The translations under genes were made by a program, and so were the position numbers. This document shows positions 61,493-64,000 of a stretch of DNA of 64,000 bases, in pieces. Below the pieces are notes generated by a model. It was given only the letters and a program-made list of their open reading frames with translations. It had not been told where the DNA came from and made no database searches. The stretch's first letter is position 1. Every line of letters starts with the position of its first letter. The DNA comes from Kondoa subrosea (taxonomy: Eukaryota): NCBI GenBank assembly GCA_039545335.1, contig BCIN01000005.1, positions 248,001-312,000 of the forward strand. Direction: 5' to 3'.

Positions 61493-63723
61493 ATGACAGC
61501 GGAAGGTCCAGCTCAAGCTATCTACACTGTCTTTACAAGTCCAAATCACGGGCCTGTACCAGACCATCTGCCAACGCTTGTCAGTAGACAGCTCAGCCTT
61601 GCTACTGGTTAAGTCTGACTTAGATTATCCAGATCGTCACTCCTTCAGGTCGACCTCAACATGTTCTTTACACATACTTACATACCAATTTCAACCAGTA
61701 TGTCGCGTAGTTTTGCAGCCGACAGATAAAGGCTTACTGATATAACTAGGGAAAATTATCTTCTTACCCCTTCACCGAATGGAGATCTTTGCGTAGCCAA
61801 GATGTTTCCTTCTTCCTCTATAACAGGCGCTTCTCAACCCAACTCTTCGTCATCGTCATCGCAAGGACACGGCAGTGCTCCATCGCCAGTGCTATCATCC
61901 TCAAGCGCTTCTTCTCATTCTCGTTCTCCAAACGGTTCATCTTCCAAAGAGAAGATTATCAAGTGCGAAGCTTCTCGAGCATTGCGTTGGTCGATTCATA
62001 ACACCGGTATCGCAATGCCAACTTATAAACTCACACTACCTTCCGTCGATCCAACGGGTGCAGGTGAAGATCAACCCTTGTTTCAAATTTCCAGAACATC
62101 AAGAACTGCACCTTGGTGGACATTATGGTATTACACTTATTCAGGTCATCTAGTCCCACCGAAAAGAGTCGAATTTGGGAAAATTGAGAAGGCGCCAGTC
62201 GATAAACGGACAGGTAGCGGAGGTGGAACTAGAGTCGTCATTAGTGGAAAGTCTGAAGCCGAAAAGGCAGTTTGGAAGACTCTAGGCGACGGGAATGAGG
62301 ATATGGTTGAGTGTGTTTTTGTGCCGACAGGAGAGGGAAAACAAAGCTGAATCTGTTGTGTTCAGATGGATCGTTCTTTGTGCTGCGCTCAACGTACTAG
62401 ATGATGAGATCAGAGAAGCGATGAAAGGCGCAGGAACGGTTTGTTACTGTCTTGACCAAAGCCTTCGTGCGCTGATCCTGTTTCCTAAACGAATAGCCCC
62501 TCCGAGCACCTCCTTCGAATGTTGGGCGAATGCCAGGCGGTCCAGGCCCAGCACAAGGTCATCAGCTACATCCAACAGGCTATCACGGCAATGCTCCTCC
62601 GCCAAATCGCAGTCGGACTTCAGATCCACCAGATCGAGGCTTACAGAATGGCATGAATGGCTTAAACATCAATGGACGACAATCTCCTCAAGATCCTCGT
62701 CGGCCTTCGCTGGAGGAGCGACCGAGAGATCCAAGATCTGATCCACATAGACGCCCAACTAATGCTCCTCCAATAGATGGCAGACAACTGCCAGATCCTA
62801 GAGCTATGATGCAAGATCCGAGAAAAGCGGGTCCAGATCCGCGTGCTCTGCCGCCTCAAGGAGATATGCCGAGATCTTTCGATCCTCGAATGCAGCAACC
62901 TAGGCCGCCTTTATCGAATGGGGCTCGATCAATGAATTTACAAGACATGCGAGGTCCACCGGCTCAAATAGTACAACCAGATTCTAGAATGCAAGATCCT
63001 CGAAGAGATCCGAGAATGCAATCGCAGCAAGATCCCAGAATGGATCCAAGGCAACCACAGCCGATACAAGAACCTCAAAGGCAAATGTCCGATCCGCGGC
63101 CGTTGCCATCAGAGCCAAGACAGATGCAACCAGATCCACGTATGGATCCTCGCATGCAAGATCCACGATTACGAGATCCTCGCGGACCACCTCTCGTGGC
63201 TCAAAATAGGACACCAACACCCGAACCCAATTCTTCACCTCGCACTCATCCTGATATGCTGCGAGCAGGCAGCAATGGCTCTGTACCTTCTTCTTCCTCT
63301 TCTTCCCAGCAAAATGGCTCGCGTGGTCCATCTCCTCTTTCAGCTTCTACGTCAGCTTTACCCTATGATAAACCAGCAGCACCATCTTTTGCGCCTCGAC
63401 CTGGTGCAGGTCAAGCTCAATCAGGACCTATACCACGACCGCGATTAGGTAGCAACAATGTACCTAAACCACTTCAAACGCAACAGCAACCTCAATTAGG
63501 CCCGCCAATGGAATTCGTTTCACCTCCTTCACCAGGCGGAAGACAAAGAGTGGAAAGCGGTGGTCAGAACAATTACATTCCGGGTCAATCTCGTCGATCA
63601 CCACAAGGAGCAAGACCACCTGAAGATTTCATGAGGAGTAGGAACGCTTCACCTCAGCCTCAACCTCAACTAAGAGGTGGTGCGCAATTATCAGATGTGC
63701 CACTCTCAAGATCTGAGAGGTAG
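61493..63723 (+). CDS. Hypothetical protein: globular N-terminal domain plus Pro/Gln/Arg-rich tail with ~15 DPR repeats
   Basis: Four GT-AG introns link MTAEGPAQAIY... to ORFs 61802.. and 62530..63723 in one frame. Confidence 0.8.
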
Positions 63724-64000
63724 CAATTGTGTATGGCTGTGGATTTTCCTTTGGTCGTTTGTACTATCATTATTCATCCGTCGTTCATCTCGCATAGCAA
63801 ATGTAGACATGAGTTCTTCAACCTTCGCTTCTTGTGATCATTTGAGACTTATATCGCGTCGAATGATAATTGCATAAATTTCTCTGGTCATCTGTTGACT
63901 TCCATTGCGCGCTCTACTCGCCAAGATGGTGATGTATGAGACATCCAAAGGTGCTGACAGCTTCCTTCAACGCGTAGAATAGCAATCTCATTACTGTTCG

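Noticed and set aside
62690..63185. gatcc-rich repeats as a CRISPR array or minisatellite
   Set aside because: Irregular spacing, and fully explained by DPR codons in an open frame.

Overview
Compact, intron-rich fungal nuclear DNA, most likely a basidiomycete yeast (inferred from ~40-65 nt GT-AG introns with CTRAC/CTRAT branch points, short intergenic spacers and the gene content). Manual splicing supports about 25 protein-coding genes. Recognisable ones are a synaptobrevin (SNC1-like), a GH13 alpha-glucosidase, a Dal5/Tna1-type MFS permease, SEC16, URB1/NPA1, NEDD8 E1 subunit ULA1/NAE1, a Mid2/Wsc-like membrane protein, a PPR protein, CSN5/RRI1, NAT1, an RCC1-repeat protein, a diverged Ulp1/C48-like peptidase, a HIRAN-SNF2-RING helicase, HIS2 and four paralogous short-chain dehydrogenases (three in tandem). 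An accessory stretch at ~31.5-40 kb holds orphan genes and three mutually homologous decayed gene copies, two with an F-box-like start. Best leads: (i) that decayed family; (ii) a Ulp1-like protease that keeps His-Asp-Cys but lacks the di-Gly tunnel tryptophans; (iii) several NEDD8/ubiquitin-pathway genes within ~27 kb; (iv) a shared upstream motif and a conversion-like tract in the SDR family; (v) many 8-13 nt microexons, a split ATG and three GC-AG introns; (vi) very short same-strand spacers. I saw no tRNA, rRNA, CRISPR or intact transposon. All family calls come from motif recognition by eye; no searches were run, and exon boundaries are predictions.
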